The notes under the pieces are model-generated. The model did not search any database. It was not told where the DNA came from and saw nothing but the letters and a program-made list of their open reading frames with translations. A program made the position numbers and the translations under genes. From an uncultured Spirochaetota bacterium (GTDB taxonomy: Bacteria; Spirochaetota; UBA4802; UBA5550), in assembly GCA_963827275.1 (NCBI GenBank), contig CAWHAA010000005.1, forward strand, positions 320,001 through 384,000: a stretch of DNA of 64,000 nt. The letters are read 5' to 3'. Of the stretch, positions 40,321-50,774 are shown one piece after another (the stretch's first letter is position 1; each line of letters opens with the position of its first letter).

Positions 40321-41220
40321 TTAATCCACATTGACAGGCGGGTGCCCCGGTGTGATCTCCGGCACGTGATCTTTACGGGCCTGCCCCGCCGTTAAAAATT
40401 TCCCGACGAGAAGGATATGCATCGATTCCGGCAGGCTCTTGTAATCCACTTCTTTTATAAACGTCCCGACAGTGCTCTTGATCACCCTCTGCTTGCCCGG
40501 GTCCCCGGCATTATTCACAATAGCGACCGGCGTATCGGCAGGATAATAACGCCTGAGCTGTGAAAAAAAGCGGGGGTAATCCAGCAGCATGGTGTACACG
40601 ACAAGACTGCTTTTAGCAGCCATGAGTATCTCATTTCTGTCGGCCCTTCCCTTCCAGTCGTCCATGGTAAGTATAACAGCGCTTGTGTCATATCCGAATG
40701 TCGGGCTCATCTTGACCGCGGCGCTGGCTGCCTGGAACGAACCGATCCCGGGCACGACCTCGGTGGGAATATCCTCCGGAAGCATCTCGAGCATAAACGT
40801 AAGGCCGAACACCATGGGGTCGCCGCACTGGAGGTCGGCCACTATCTTCCCCTGCCGGATCGCCGAGATGATGCGTTCGGCCAACTGCTTTCTTGCCCTG
40901 GTCCCTCTTTCGGCCTTAACACGCAGTTCAGGATCCTTTAGAAGCGCAGGATCAACGCCATACATGATGCGCAGGCTGATCGTGCGGGTCCAGACCTCCT
41001 TGTCACTGATATATTCTCCCCACAGACGACGTTCATGATCCGTTTCGACCAGAACGATGTCAGCTTTTTTAATAACGTTGATGGCCCTGACGGTAACCAG
41101 GTCCGGTGCGGTCCCCATACCGACGATATAAAATTTCCCCGGACCAGTTTTGACTGATGCAGTCGCAGCACCGTATGTGCCGCAAATAATGATAATAAAT
41201 ATTTTCAATAGAATTCGCAT
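40321..41220 (-). CDS. Tetrapyrrole methylase (CbiF/CobM-like) with a signal-peptide-like N-terminus
   Basis: FYIVGMG..PDLVTVRA, GDPMVFG, VVPGIGSFQAASA, DTPVAIV. Confidence 0.8.
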   Translation of the reverse strand: MRILLKIFIIIICGTYGAATASVKTGPGKFYIVGMGTAPDLVTVRAINVIKKADIVLVETDHERRLWGEYISDKEVWTRTISLRIMYGVDPALLKDPELRVKAERGTRARKQLAERIISAIRQGKIVADLQCGDPMVFGLTFMLEMLPEDIPTEVVPGIGSFQAASAAVKMSPTFGYDTSAVILTMDDWKGRADRNEILMAAKSSLVVYTMLLDYPRFFSQLRRYYPADTPVAIVNNAGDPGKQRVIKSTVGTFIKEVDYKSLPESMHILLVGKFLTAGQARKDHVPEITPGHPPVNVD

Positions 41221-41279
41221 AGCAACTCCTTTTCCATACGACAGACCCCCGCAGTCAACGGCCCGGAAAAATCGTGAAT

Positions 41280-41639
41280 TTATTCATGCACATCATAGGG
41301 CGTGGAATTCCAGGGAAATATTGTTTTTGATTCTTTTAAAGCATAGTCCTCAATTTTTCTATACCAGGAGATATACTTCTCATGAAGTTCTTTTCCCACG
41401 TCAGACAACTGGTAGCCGCCCTGGGTCTTTTCCAGCAATCTATGACCGAGCACTTCTTCGGTCTTTTTTATCCTGCCCCACGCGGCACGATATGATATGC
41501 CCATTTTTTTCGCGGCGTTCTGAAGTGACCCGTATTTTTCGATATTTTCGATCAGCTTGGCCCTTCCCGGGCCCAGGATCATGCCACGGTCCGATTCAAT
41601 CCACACATGGATCCGGATTACGGCTTTTATGTCATTCAT
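41280..41639 (-). CDS. modE: ModE-family winged-helix regulator (HTH only)
   Basis: LGPGRAKL, GSLQNAAKKMGISYRAAWGRI. Confidence 0.85.
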   Translation of the reverse strand: MNDIKAVIRIHVWIESDRGMILGPGRAKLIENIEKYGSLQNAAKKMGISYRAAWGRIKKTEEVLGHRLLEKTQGGYQLSDVGKELHEKYISWYRKIEDYALKESKTIFPWNSTPYDVHE

Positions 41640-41675
41640 GCCATTCCCCTGAACGATGTAATAAATATCCCTGTC

Positions 41676-42284
41676 TCATACATTGACATAAGGATCTTCG
41701 CCTTTGCACGCGGGGCAGAGCGGTCCGTCCTTTATTTTAAAGGCCTCGCCGCACGATGTACAGTTCGCTATGCGGCTGCCATGCGCGTGACCGGCCAGCA
41801 ATTCGGGCTTCATTTTTATTTTTTTCATGCTGCACAGTCCCGCGCCCGCTTCTTTTATCTGCGAGAGGAGAAGCTGGTAATCCTGCTCCTTCTTCTTTTT
41901 AAGCTTGTAGAACCAGCCCTTGACCTCGGGCCACTTCTCGATTTTCGCGGGATCGATGAAGACCCTGATCCCCTCCCCGCTGCTTTTGTCATACAGGGCG
42001 ATCGCGTACCTGCTGAAATTGAAGATCTTCAGCCATCCGTTGCCTATGGTGCAGGGGGTCAGGAGCTGCAACGCATCCGGGAGGCAGGTCCTTGTTTCAG
42101 AGATCGCGTCGAAGAATTCCCCTTCGGGGAGGTTCTTCAATGCAAGGTCCACCATGAAGCCGCCGATCAGCAGACCGGGCGCCACGCTTCCGTGAAATTC
42201 TTTCAAAATACGGGCAAACTCTTCCAGGCCGTATGAATCCATCTTGTTGTCATAGGTCAGCCTTCTGATACGTATGTCTTCCAT
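41676..42284 (-). CDS. FmdE-family protein with C-terminal zinc finger
   Basis: FHGSVAPG, ETRTCLPDALQ, CTIGNG, CTSCGE...CPAC. Confidence 0.88.
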   Translation of the reverse strand: MEDIRIRRLTYDNKMDSYGLEEFARILKEFHGSVAPGLLIGGFMVDLALKNLPEGEFFDAISETRTCLPDALQLLTPCTIGNGWLKIFNFSRYAIALYDKSSGEGIRVFIDPAKIEKWPEVKGWFYKLKKKKEQDYQLLLSQIKEAGAGLCSMKKIKMKPELLAGHAHGSRIANCTSCGEAFKIKDGPLCPACKGEDPYVNV

Positions 42285-42301
42285 GTTACTTCTCCATAGT
42301 A

Positions 42302-43378
42302 TTAATGTACAATAGTATCGTGCAGTGCGCTTTCAAAGCAATGCACCGCTGTCGCCTTGAATGATATGTACACATCCTGGCCGGTCCTGATATCCAGCTC
42401 GACCAGCGCGCTCCTGGTAATGAGCGACCTGAATACCGTCTCCCCGGCCTGCACGTCCACCTCGAACGTATACCCCTTGTCGAGCACCGCCCGCACTTTC
42501 CCGCCGAATGAATTCCTGATGCTCGAATCAAGCTTCGATCTGCTGAGTATGATGTCTTCCGGACGTATGGCGATATAGCCGCGGCCGGAGCCGGGTTCGT
42601 TCCCGACGCGCACCGTGACGCCGTTCACCTGCGCGTGGAGGCCGCTGAAGTTCGCAGGATAAATGTTCTTTACCCCGACGAACTGCGCCACAAAGGGTGA
42701 GCGCGGCTTCTTGAAGATATCGATCAGGCTCCCCTCCTGCTCGATCCTTCCGTTCTGTAAGATTGCCGCGCGATCTCCCAGGGAGAGGGCCTCGGAAAAA
42801 CTGTGCGTGACCATGATAAAGGTGATTCCCGACGTCTGCTGGAGCGTCTTCAGCAGCTGCTGCAGCTCGGAGCGGAACGCCTGGTCGATGGCCGAAAACG
42901 GCTCGTCCAGCAACAGGACGCGCGGCCCGGTGATGAGCGCGCGGGCGAGCGCGGCCCGCTGGACCTCGCCGCCGCTCAGTGTCTCCGGCCGGCGCTTCAG
43001 GATATGGCCTATTTTCAGCAAATCAACGAGCTCGTTGAATCGATCGCCGGATTTCGCTTCGTGCTTGTATCGATAGCGCAGACCGTACCGGATGTTGTCC
43101 GCCACGTTCAGGTGCGGAAAAAGACAGCTGTCCTGGTACACGATGCAGATGCCCCGCTTTTCCGGAGGAAGATTGGTCACATCAAGCCCGTTGATCATCA
43201 CCGATCCGGACGAGACCGTCTCTATCCCGGCGATGGCCTCGAGGAGAACGGTCTTCCCCGACCCGGTCGGGCCCAGGAGCACGAAAAACTGGTTTTCCGG
43301 GATGCCGAGATTTATATCAGACAGCGAAAAACAGGGCAGATCGACGTTGAGGCCGGTAATTTTGATCATGTCTTCCAT
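42302..43378 (-). CDS. wtpC: Tungstate/molybdate ABC ATPase with TOBE domain
   Basis: GPTGSGKT, LSGGE, LDEP, C-terminal ITRSA..L...FKATAVH. Confidence 0.88.
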   Translation of the reverse strand: MEDMIKITGLNVDLPCFSLSDINLGIPENQFFVLLGPTGSGKTVLLEAIAGIETVSSGSVMINGLDVTNLPPEKRGICIVYQDSCLFPHLNVADNIRYGLRYRYKHEAKSGDRFNELVDLLKIGHILKRRPETLSGGEVQRAALARALITGPRVLLLDEPFSAIDQAFRSELQQLLKTLQQTSGITFIMVTHSFSEALSLGDRAAILQNGRIEQEGSLIDIFKKPRSPFVAQFVGVKNIYPANFSGLHAQVNGVTVRVGNEPGSGRGYIAIRPEDIILSRSKLDSSIRNSFGGKVRAVLDKGYTFEVDVQAGETVFRSLITRSALVELDIRTGQDVYISFKATAVHCFESALHDTIVH

Positions 43379-44163
43379 TTCCTCTGAAGCGTGAGAATCC
43401 TCATGATGATGAACAACACGAGGGAGAGGACGACGAGCAGCATGCTCACCGGCAGGGCGCTGTCCAGACCGTATGATTCGAACCGCTCGAATATGAGCAC
43501 CGGCGCGTTCATCGGGTGGTACGCTATGATTATCACGGCGCCGAACTCGCTGATGGCCCGCGCCGCGCACATGATGAACCCGGCAAGTATGCTCCGGGCC
43601 GCGAGAGGGAACGTGATCCTGAAAAAGGTCTGTGAAACCGAGGCCCCCAGGCTGCGCGATACGCTTTCCAGCCTCGGCGGTATCGCTTCAAATCCGCTTT
43701 TAACGGCGCTGATATAAAAGGGAAGCCCGACGAAGGTGAGTACCGTGATAATCCCTGTAACACTGCCCATGATCTGTATACCCAGGTCCGACATTGCCCG
43801 GCCTATCCAGTGTCCCCTTCCCGCTATGCTTAAGATGGCGATCCCCACTACCGGGTGCGGTATCACGATCGGGAGCTCTATTATGCTCTCCACGATCCGC
43901 TTTCCCTTGAAACTGCTCCTGGCGAGCAGATACGCGAACGGCGTTCCTATGATGAAAGAAATGGCGGCCGCCGCAAGGGAAGTTGCCATGCTGAGCCGGA
44001 TAGCGCGCACAACATCAGCGTCAAGGATGGCGTTCCGTATCGAATCGGCGGAGGGCCTGACCATCAGATGGATTATGGGTACAAGGATGAACGAGAGCAC
44101 GACGGTCCCCGAGACCAGGCATATTCCCAAAAATACTTTGCTCTTTCTAATTCGCAGGTCCAT
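43366..44163 (-). CDS. wtpB: Tungstate/molybdate ABC permease
   Basis: LPIVIPHPVVGIA, SRSLGAS, ARAISEFGA, AYHP. Confidence 0.88.
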   Translation of the reverse strand: MDLRIRKSKVFLGICLVSGTVVLSFILVPIIHLMVRPSADSIRNAILDADVVRAIRLSMATSLAAAAISFIIGTPFAYLLARSSFKGKRIVESIIELPIVIPHPVVGIAILSIAGRGHWIGRAMSDLGIQIMGSVTGIITVLTFVGLPFYISAVKSGFEAIPPRLESVSRSLGASVSQTFFRITFPLAARSILAGFIMCAARAISEFGAVIIIAYHPMNAPVLIFERFESYGLDSALPVSMLLVVLSLVLFIIMRILTLQRKWKT

Positions 44164-45137
44164 CAGTCATCTGTCGAAATATACTTTTGAAGTTCGGCGG
44201 GGACGAGCTTTTTCATGCCGGCATCACGCACCCGGGACGGGATGATGGGCGGCTGCCCTTGCTTTTTAAAGATTGCCAGGCCTTTCTCCGGATCAAGCAT
44301 GTACGCAAGGAACCTGACAGCCGCCTTTCGGTTCGGGCTGCTTTTCAAGAGGGCGACCCCATACGTGCACGACTCGCCCTTCATGTCAATCCATGAGCCT
44401 TTTTTTTCGCCTGCCACTCTCACTTTCGCCTTTGCATAGTTTCCGTCGAAATGGCGGTTGCCGAGGTTGATCTCCTCCGGCAGCGATACGTATTTCAAAC
44501 CGTGCTGGATGGCGACTGACCGGTATTCCCATGCGTAATCAAGATTTTCCGTCTGCAGAAGCGAAAGCAGATCGACCGATTTAGGCCGTATGTTTTCAAC
44601 GGGTCTGTTTGCCAGGACGCCTGCGTACAGCCCGGGCATGTTGTAATATTTTTCAGCAAGCTGGACCACCATGAGGGCCCGGTAACCGCAGGGATCGAGG
44701 TTCGGGTCCGAGTGGCCCCATCTGACGCCCTTTTTCTTCAGGATATTAAACCAGTTTTTGTCACTTATCTCACGGGCAAATTTGCTTTTTTCCGTATAGC
44801 ACAGGACAAGCTGGTTGCTTGCGAATGTAATGTTCCAGTCGGCGTATGATGGAACAAGATAATTATCTATGACGTTATCATCCGCGGACGCAATAATATC
44901 GCAGGGCTTTTTTAGATCTGTTATTTTTCTCGCTGCCTGTATGCTACCGCTCGCTTCAAGAAGAACCTTTATATCTTTATTATTTTCCTCAAAGTCCTTC
45001 TTCATTGCGGCAAAGGGAACTGACAGGCTGCCTGCGTGGAAAATAATCAGGTTTTTTGATTCATTTGGATTACTGCAGTACGTAATGATTATTGTTGAAA
45101 CAATAATCATTTTCGATAAAATGGGTTTTATCTTCAT
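44163..45137 (-). CDS. wtpA: Tungstate-binding lipoprotein WtpA
   Basis: [42 protein letters not shown]. Confidence 0.9.
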   Translation of the reverse strand: MKIKPILSKMIIVSTIIITYCSNPNESKNLIIFHAGSLSVPFAAMKKDFEENNKDIKVLLEASGSIQAARKITDLKKPCDIIASADDNVIDNYLVPSYADWNITFASNQLVLCYTEKSKFAREISDKNWFNILKKKGVRWGHSDPNLDPCGYRALMVVQLAEKYYNMPGLYAGVLANRPVENIRPKSVDLLSLLQTENLDYAWEYRSVAIQHGLKYVSLPEEINLGNRHFDGNYAKAKVRVAGEKKGSWIDMKGESCTYGVALLKSSPNRKAAVRFLAYMLDPEKGLAIFKKQGQPPIIPSRVRDAGMKKLVPAELQKYISTDD

Positions 45138-45710
45138 CCACAACCGCCATATCATCAATAATCATAGCATATGCTTAATTTAGCATATATTGTGTCAACA
45201 AAATTATCATTTTTTATTATTTTTTGTAATTTTTTAAGATTATTTAAGATATTTTTTTATTTTAATTTTAAAATGAATTGCAACAATATGCTATTTTAAA
45301 CAGATCATTTCCATTAATATTGCTGGTTAAAATAAACATATTATATTTTTTGATTATAAAAAAAATACTATTGACTTTTAATAGCTAAAAACAGTATCAC
45401 AATTTTCGGTATGACAAAAGTAACCACCGTTTAAAACCCATTAATACCGACAGCAAGTGTATTCTCAAAAAATCAGAGAAAGCATCTTTCTCAACTGCTG
45501 AATCCGGGTTCGTATATTATTAGTGGGTGTTTTAGGGCGCGGTAGTATATATACTACTGCACCGGTGTGTTCCCGTCACTACTATATCAGCGTCGCATAC
45601 GGGTCTGCCGCATAAATAACCCGGGCTAAGAATGTGTGGAGAATTAAGCAATATTACAAAGCAAGGACATGAAGCGACACGCGGATAGATTGTATAAACA
45701 AGGTGGTAAT

Positions 45711-47432
45711 ATGAAAAAAAACGAGAATGCCGACATCAAAAAAATAATCGAGGGGTATCCAAAAAAGGAATCAGCCATATTGCCGGTGCTGCAGTATTTG
45801 CAAAAGAAAAACCACAACGCTCTCAATGATGGGTCAATCGATACTGCGGCCAGGGCGGTTGGAATCAGCAAAAGCAAAGCATATGGCATCGCAACCTACT
45901 ATACCATGTTCAACACGAAACCGGTGGGCAAATACCACCTCCAGGTGGATACCTGCGTTCCCGGTTTTCTGCACGGGGCGGACGAGATAGTTGCACATCT
46001 CATTAAAAAGCTCGGCATAGGTGTCGGCGAAACCACCGATGACGGGATGTTTACCCTTTCAACGGTCCAGGACCTCGCCTCCTGCGCCACCGGACCGGTC
46101 ATCCAGGTAAACGATCGTTATTATGAAAATATGACCACAGAAAAAACCGACGCGCTGATCAAGGCCCTGAAGAAAGACCAGGTGCCTGCAAACGATACCA
46201 CGATGAATGTCGTTTCCGAATGCGGAATACTGCTAAATGACCGTTCGAAAAAAGACTGCCGTTCGCTCTCCGCATATAAAAAAAGCGGCGGCTATACGGC
46301 GCTGAAGAAAGCGCTTTCGATGAAGCCGGAGGATATCATTAACGAAGTAAAAGAGTCGAAAATCCGGGGACGGGGCGGCGCAGGGTTCCCGGCCGGTATG
46401 AAATGGTCATTCCTTCCCCAAAACGATCCGAGACCCTCATACCTTATATGCAACGCGGATGAGGGTGAACCAGGCACCTTTAAAGACAGGCAGATAATGG
46501 AATTCAACCCGCATCTGTGTATCGAGGGTATTGCCATCAGCGCCTTCGCGATAAAAGCGAAAACCGCGTTCATCTATATCCGCGGGGAATTCTCCTGGAT
46601 CGCCGATATTCTTGAAACTGCCATCGATGAAGCCAGAACGGACGGGCAACTGGACCATGTCGCCATCATTGTTCACCGGGGCGCAGGATCGTATGTCTGC
46701 GGCGACGAAACGGCCCAGATAGAGTCCATTGAGGGAAATCGGGGTAACCCGCGGGTAAAGCCGCCCTTCCCCGCCAATCATGGCCTATACGGCTGTCCCA
46801 CGGTAGTCAACAACGTGGAAACACTTTCCTCCATTCCATATATCATCGGGAACGGGGCCGCCGCTTTTCTTAAGATCGGAGTCCCGGACAACAACGGTCC
46901 CAAGATATTCGGCGTTTCCGGCCATGTGAATAAACCCGGAGTATTTGAATACCCGCTCGGAACCCCGCTGAAGACAATACTCAAGGCGGCGGGGGGCGTA
47001 AAGGGGAAGCTCAAAGGAGTGATAGTCGGCGGGTTGTCAACGGCCATCCTTACCGCAAACGAAGCAAAAGACCTGGCGCTTGGCTATGATTCATGCCAGA
47101 AGGCCGGGACCGCGCTCGGATCGGGCGGCATCATGGTCATCAATGACACGGTATCAATACCTGAACTCGCGCTGCGCACCATTGAATTCTATCAACATGA
47201 ATCCTGCGGGCAGTGCGTTCCCTGCAGGGAGGGATCGCTCGTTATCAAGGATAAACTCAAATCGCTTCTGAGGGGAACCGGCAAAAACGCGGATATTGAC
47301 CTGATTCTTCATCTATGTAAAAACATCAGAGGCCTCACCCTCTGCCCGACAGGCGAAGCTTTTTCAGTGCCGATCCAGGCAATGGTAAGCAAGTTTCGGC
47401 CGGAATTCGAAGCGCTGGTAAAACTGCCGTAG
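45711..47432 (+). CDS. Fused NuoE-NuoF-like NADH-binding diaphorase subunit
   Basis: ATYYTMF NuoE part; RGRGGAGFP, NADEGEPGTFKDR, NNVET, HESCGQCVPCREG, CPTG. Confidence 0.9.
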   Translation: MKKNENADIKKIIEGYPKKESAILPVLQYLQKKNHNALNDGSIDTAARAVGISKSKAYGIATYYTMFNTKPVGKYHLQVDTCVPGFLHGADEIVAHLIKKLGIGVGETTDDGMFTLSTVQDLASCATGPVIQVNDRYYENMTTEKTDALIKALKKDQVPANDTTMNVVSECGILLNDRSKKDCRSLSAYKKSGGYTALKKALSMKPEDIINEVKESKIRGRGGAGFPAGMKWSFLPQNDPRPSYLICNADEGEPGTFKDRQIMEFNPHLCIEGIAISAFAIKAKTAFIYIRGEFSWIADILETAIDEARTDGQLDHVAIIVHRGAGSYVCGDETAQIESIEGNRGNPRVKPPFPANHGLYGCPTVVNNVETLSSIPYIIGNGAAAFLKIGVPDNNGPKIFGVSGHVNKPGVFEYPLGTPLKTILKAAGGVKGKLKGVIVGGLSTAILTANEAKDLALGYDSCQKAGTALGSGGIMVINDTVSIPELALRTIEFYQHESCGQCVPCREGSLVIKDKLKSLLRGTGKNADIDLILHLCKNIRGLTLCPTGEAFSVPIQAMVSKFRPEFEALVKLP

Positions 47433-47458
47433 CGAATAAATTATCTGGAGACTTTTTC

Positions 47459-47830
47459 ATGGCAAATAAAAAAAACATTTTAATCATTGATGACGATCCG
47501 GACATTCTTGACTCGATACAGGTTATTCTTGAAAAGAACGGCTATGCAACCACGACCGCCAAGAGCGGTAAAGACGGCATTGAGGCGGCCGTAAAAAGCA
47601 AACCGGACCTTATCCTCTGTGACATGATGATGGAAACGATCGATTCCGGTGCCAGGGCCGCCCAGGAGATAAAAAAAAGCGTGCCGGGCATTCCCATACT
47701 TCTTATGAGCAGCATCGGCAGCGCCACCGCTTCCAATGTTGAAATTGACAAGCTCGGCTTTAACGGCTTTCTCCAGAAGCCAGTCGAACCCGATGGCCTG
47801 GTAACAATAGTAAAGAACGCATTGAGATGA
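47459..47830 (+). CDS. Stand-alone response regulator receiver
   Basis: IIDDD, PDLILCDMMM, LQKP. Confidence 0.9.
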   Translation: MANKKNILIIDDDPDILDSIQVILEKNGYATTTAKSGKDGIEAAVKSKPDLILCDMMMETIDSGARAAQEIKKSVPGIPILLMSSIGSATASNVEIDKLGFNGFLQKPVEPDGLVTIVKNALR

Positions 47831-47977
47831 TCGGCGCATGCAACAATCATAAATAGAGGCCATCAATCCGTCTGATCGGTGATCCGCACACAAAGCCGGC
47901 AGAGACACTGGCAACACGGTTCAGTCAGGAAAACCGGGTCCCGGTATAATGAGAATATACGAAGAGGAGATTTTGTA

Positions 47978-50684
47978 ATGAGTAAAAATATTTTTATCGA
48001 CGACAAGGAGATCAGTTGTGACGACAACAAGACCGTTCTCCAGATAGCCAGAGAAAACGGATACTATATCCCTTCGTTGTGCTATCACCCAAAATTGGGG
48101 CCGGCGAGCATGTGCCGCGTCTGCGTGGTCGAAGTTGATGGAATGCGCGGCCTTCAGACCGCATGCTCACTCAAGCCGACCGAAGGCATGCACGTACGTA
48201 CTGAAACCCCGCGCGTCATCGAGGCCCGGAAGATGGTGGTCAATCTTCTTCTCGCAAACGGCAACCACAACTGCATCTCGTGCGAAGTAAACGGGGCCTG
48301 CGAGCTTCAGGAAGCGGCGTACCGGCTTGGCATCGAAGTCCCGGCTTTTCTTGTGGAAGAGACCGAGGCGCAGGACGACTCAGCGGCCTTCATCATGCGC
48401 GACCCAAATAAATGCATCCAGTGCGGACGCTGTATCGAGGGATGCAACCGTCTGGTCGTGAATGAGGTCCTCGATTTTGGACTGCGCGGCAGACCATACC
48501 AGGTCATCTGCGATGACGACGCGCCGATGGGAAAATCATCATGCGTGCAGTGCGGTGAATGCGTTCAGCTCTGCCCGGTCGGCGCCCTTATCGAAAAAAA
48601 GGGTATCGGCAGGGCGCGCGCGTGGGAAACAAAGACCGTCAGGACAACCTGTCCCTACTGCGGCGTCGGATGCCAGCTTGAACTTCATGTGAAAGGCGAC
48701 CAGATCATCCGCATTACCGGCGTTGACGGCGCACAACCGAACCAGGGGCATCTCTGCGTCAAGGGACGTTACGGGTATGATTTCATCTATTCAAAAGACA
48801 GACTGACATCCCCTCTTATTAAAAGGCGCTGACGGGAAATTCCGCGAAGCGGGCTGGGATGAAGCACTTGACCTGGTGGCAAATAAATTCAAGCAGATAA
48901 TAAAAGAATCCGGGCCGGATGCCATTGCCGGCGTAAGCTGCGCCAGGAGCGTCAACGAAGACTCATACCATATGCAGAAACTTTTCAGGGCAGTAATCGG
49001 AACCAACAATATCGATCACTGCGCCCGAACTTGACACGCTCCTACTGTTGCCGGTCTGGCAACCACGTTCGGTTCAGGCGCAATGACAAACTCGTTCGGT
49101 GAATTGGAAAACGCGAAGCTCATTTTCTGCATCGGAACAAACATGACGGAAGCTCACCCCGTGGCGTCATACTTCGTAAAACGCGCAGTAAAAAAGGGCG
49201 CGGTGCTGATAGTGGCTGACCCGCGCAAACAGCCGCTCGCCGACAGAGCCAATATCTTCGCCCAGATCAAGGTCGGTTCTGACGTCGCTTTTCTTAACGG
49301 GATTATGCATGTTCTTATCACCGAGGATCTGTACGATAAAAAATTCGTTGAAGAAAACTGTGAGGATTTCGAGGACCTGAAAGCAAAAGTCATGGAGTAC
49401 CCCGTTGACAGGGCCTCAACAATATCCGGCGTCCCCGCTGACACGATTGTAGAAATTGCACGCACCATGGCATCGGTAAAACCCGGCATGCTCTGCTATA
49501 CGCTCGGCATCACCGAGCACACCTGCGGCAAGAATAACGTCATGTCAACCTCCAATCTCCAGATGCTCCTCGGCAACATGGGTATGGAATGCGGCGGCGT
49601 AAACCCGCTCCGCGGGCAGAACAATGTCCAGGGCGCCTGCGATATGGGAGCGCTCCCCGGAGTGTTCCCCGGGTACCAGAGCGTCACAGATGCTGCGTTG
49701 AGGGAAAAATTCATGAAGGCGTGGAACGTCGCGTCCCTCCCTGAAAAGCCCGGACTTATGATCCCGGACATGATGGCGGGCCTGCCCGCAAAAAAAATCA
49801 GGGCGTTCTACATATTCGGTGAAAACCTCGCGAATACGGAGCCGAATATCACCCACGTCGAGCACGAGCTTGCCTCTGCGGAATTCATCGTGTGCAACGA
49901 CATCTTCCCGACCGAGACGACCAGGTTCGCGAATGTGGTGTTTCCCGCCGCGGCCTGGTGCGAAGATGAAGGGACATTCACCAGCAGCGAGCGCAGGGTG
50001 AACCGTGTCCGGAAAATTAAGGACGCCCCGGGAATGTCGAAACCCAACTGGTGGATTTTCAAAGAAATCGCAAAAAGAATGGGGCATGAGTGGACATCAA
50101 ACAGTTCACAGGAAATATGGGACAATGAAGTTTCTGTTCTCGCACCGGCCTATGGCGGCATCAAGTATACCCGCATTGACAATGACGGCCTCAATTGTAA
50201 TGACGGCTTGCAGTGGCCATGTCCCAACACCGAGCACCCGGGAACGAAATTCCTTCACCGAGACGGCAAGTTCAGCAGGGGCAAGGGTCTTTTCAAGGGA
50301 ATAGAATGGACCCCGCCGGCGGAGGTCGCGGACGGGGAGTATCCCTTTGTACTCAGCACGGGAAGGAGATTGTTCCATTATCATTCGCGTACGCAGACGG
50401 GACGCGCCGGCCTCGATACAATACTGCCGGAGGAAACGGCGGACATATCACCTGAAGACGCGGCCAGGTTGGGCATACAGCACAACCAGTACGTAAAGGT
50501 CACCTCGCGGCGCGGCTCCGTTACAGTGAGGGCAAAAGTAACAGAGCAGATCCCTCAAGGTCTCGTATGGATGGCCTTCCATTTCCGGGAGGGAAATGCG
50601 AACTGGCTGACGAATAATGTGTTCGATCCTGAAACAAAGACCGCAGAGTACAAAGCATGCGCCGTTAAACTGGAGAAGGCGTAA
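47978..50684 (+). CDS. fdhF: Cytoplasmic formate dehydrogenase alpha subunit (FdhF-type, N-terminal Fe-S domains), selenocysteine at TGA 49032; frameshift near 48822
   Basis: CPYCGVGC, NNIDHCART-TGA-HAP, PLRGQNNVQG; removing one A at 48821-24 gives PLIK-GADGKFREAGWDEAL. Confidence 0.92.
49032..49063 (+). promoter_or_regulatory. Sec UGA codon with bacterial SECIS hairpin
   Basis: TGA-12 nt-GTTGCC-GGTCT-GGCAAC, similar to the E. coli fdhF SECIS. Confidence 0.88.
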
Positions 50685-50734
50685 CAAGGTTTTGGATTCA
50701 GTTTAATTACGGTTATTAGAAAAGTAAATATATG

Positions 50735-50774
50735 AAAAGACGCCTGATTGTTGTAGATCGGGCGTCTTTTTTTT
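50735..50774 (+). terminator. Intrinsic terminator after fdhF
   Basis: AAAAGACGCCTGAT...ATCGGGCGTCTTTTTTTT. Confidence 0.85.

Noticed and set aside
45405..45660. Known Moco/Tuco, cobalamin or THF riboswitch
   Set aside because: Consensus motifs not recognised by eye; kept only as an unassigned structured leader
48830..48832. TGA ending the 317-aa ORF as Sec or as a true subunit boundary
   Set aside because: The downstream FDH sequence continues in a shifted frame with no start codon; one extra A explains it
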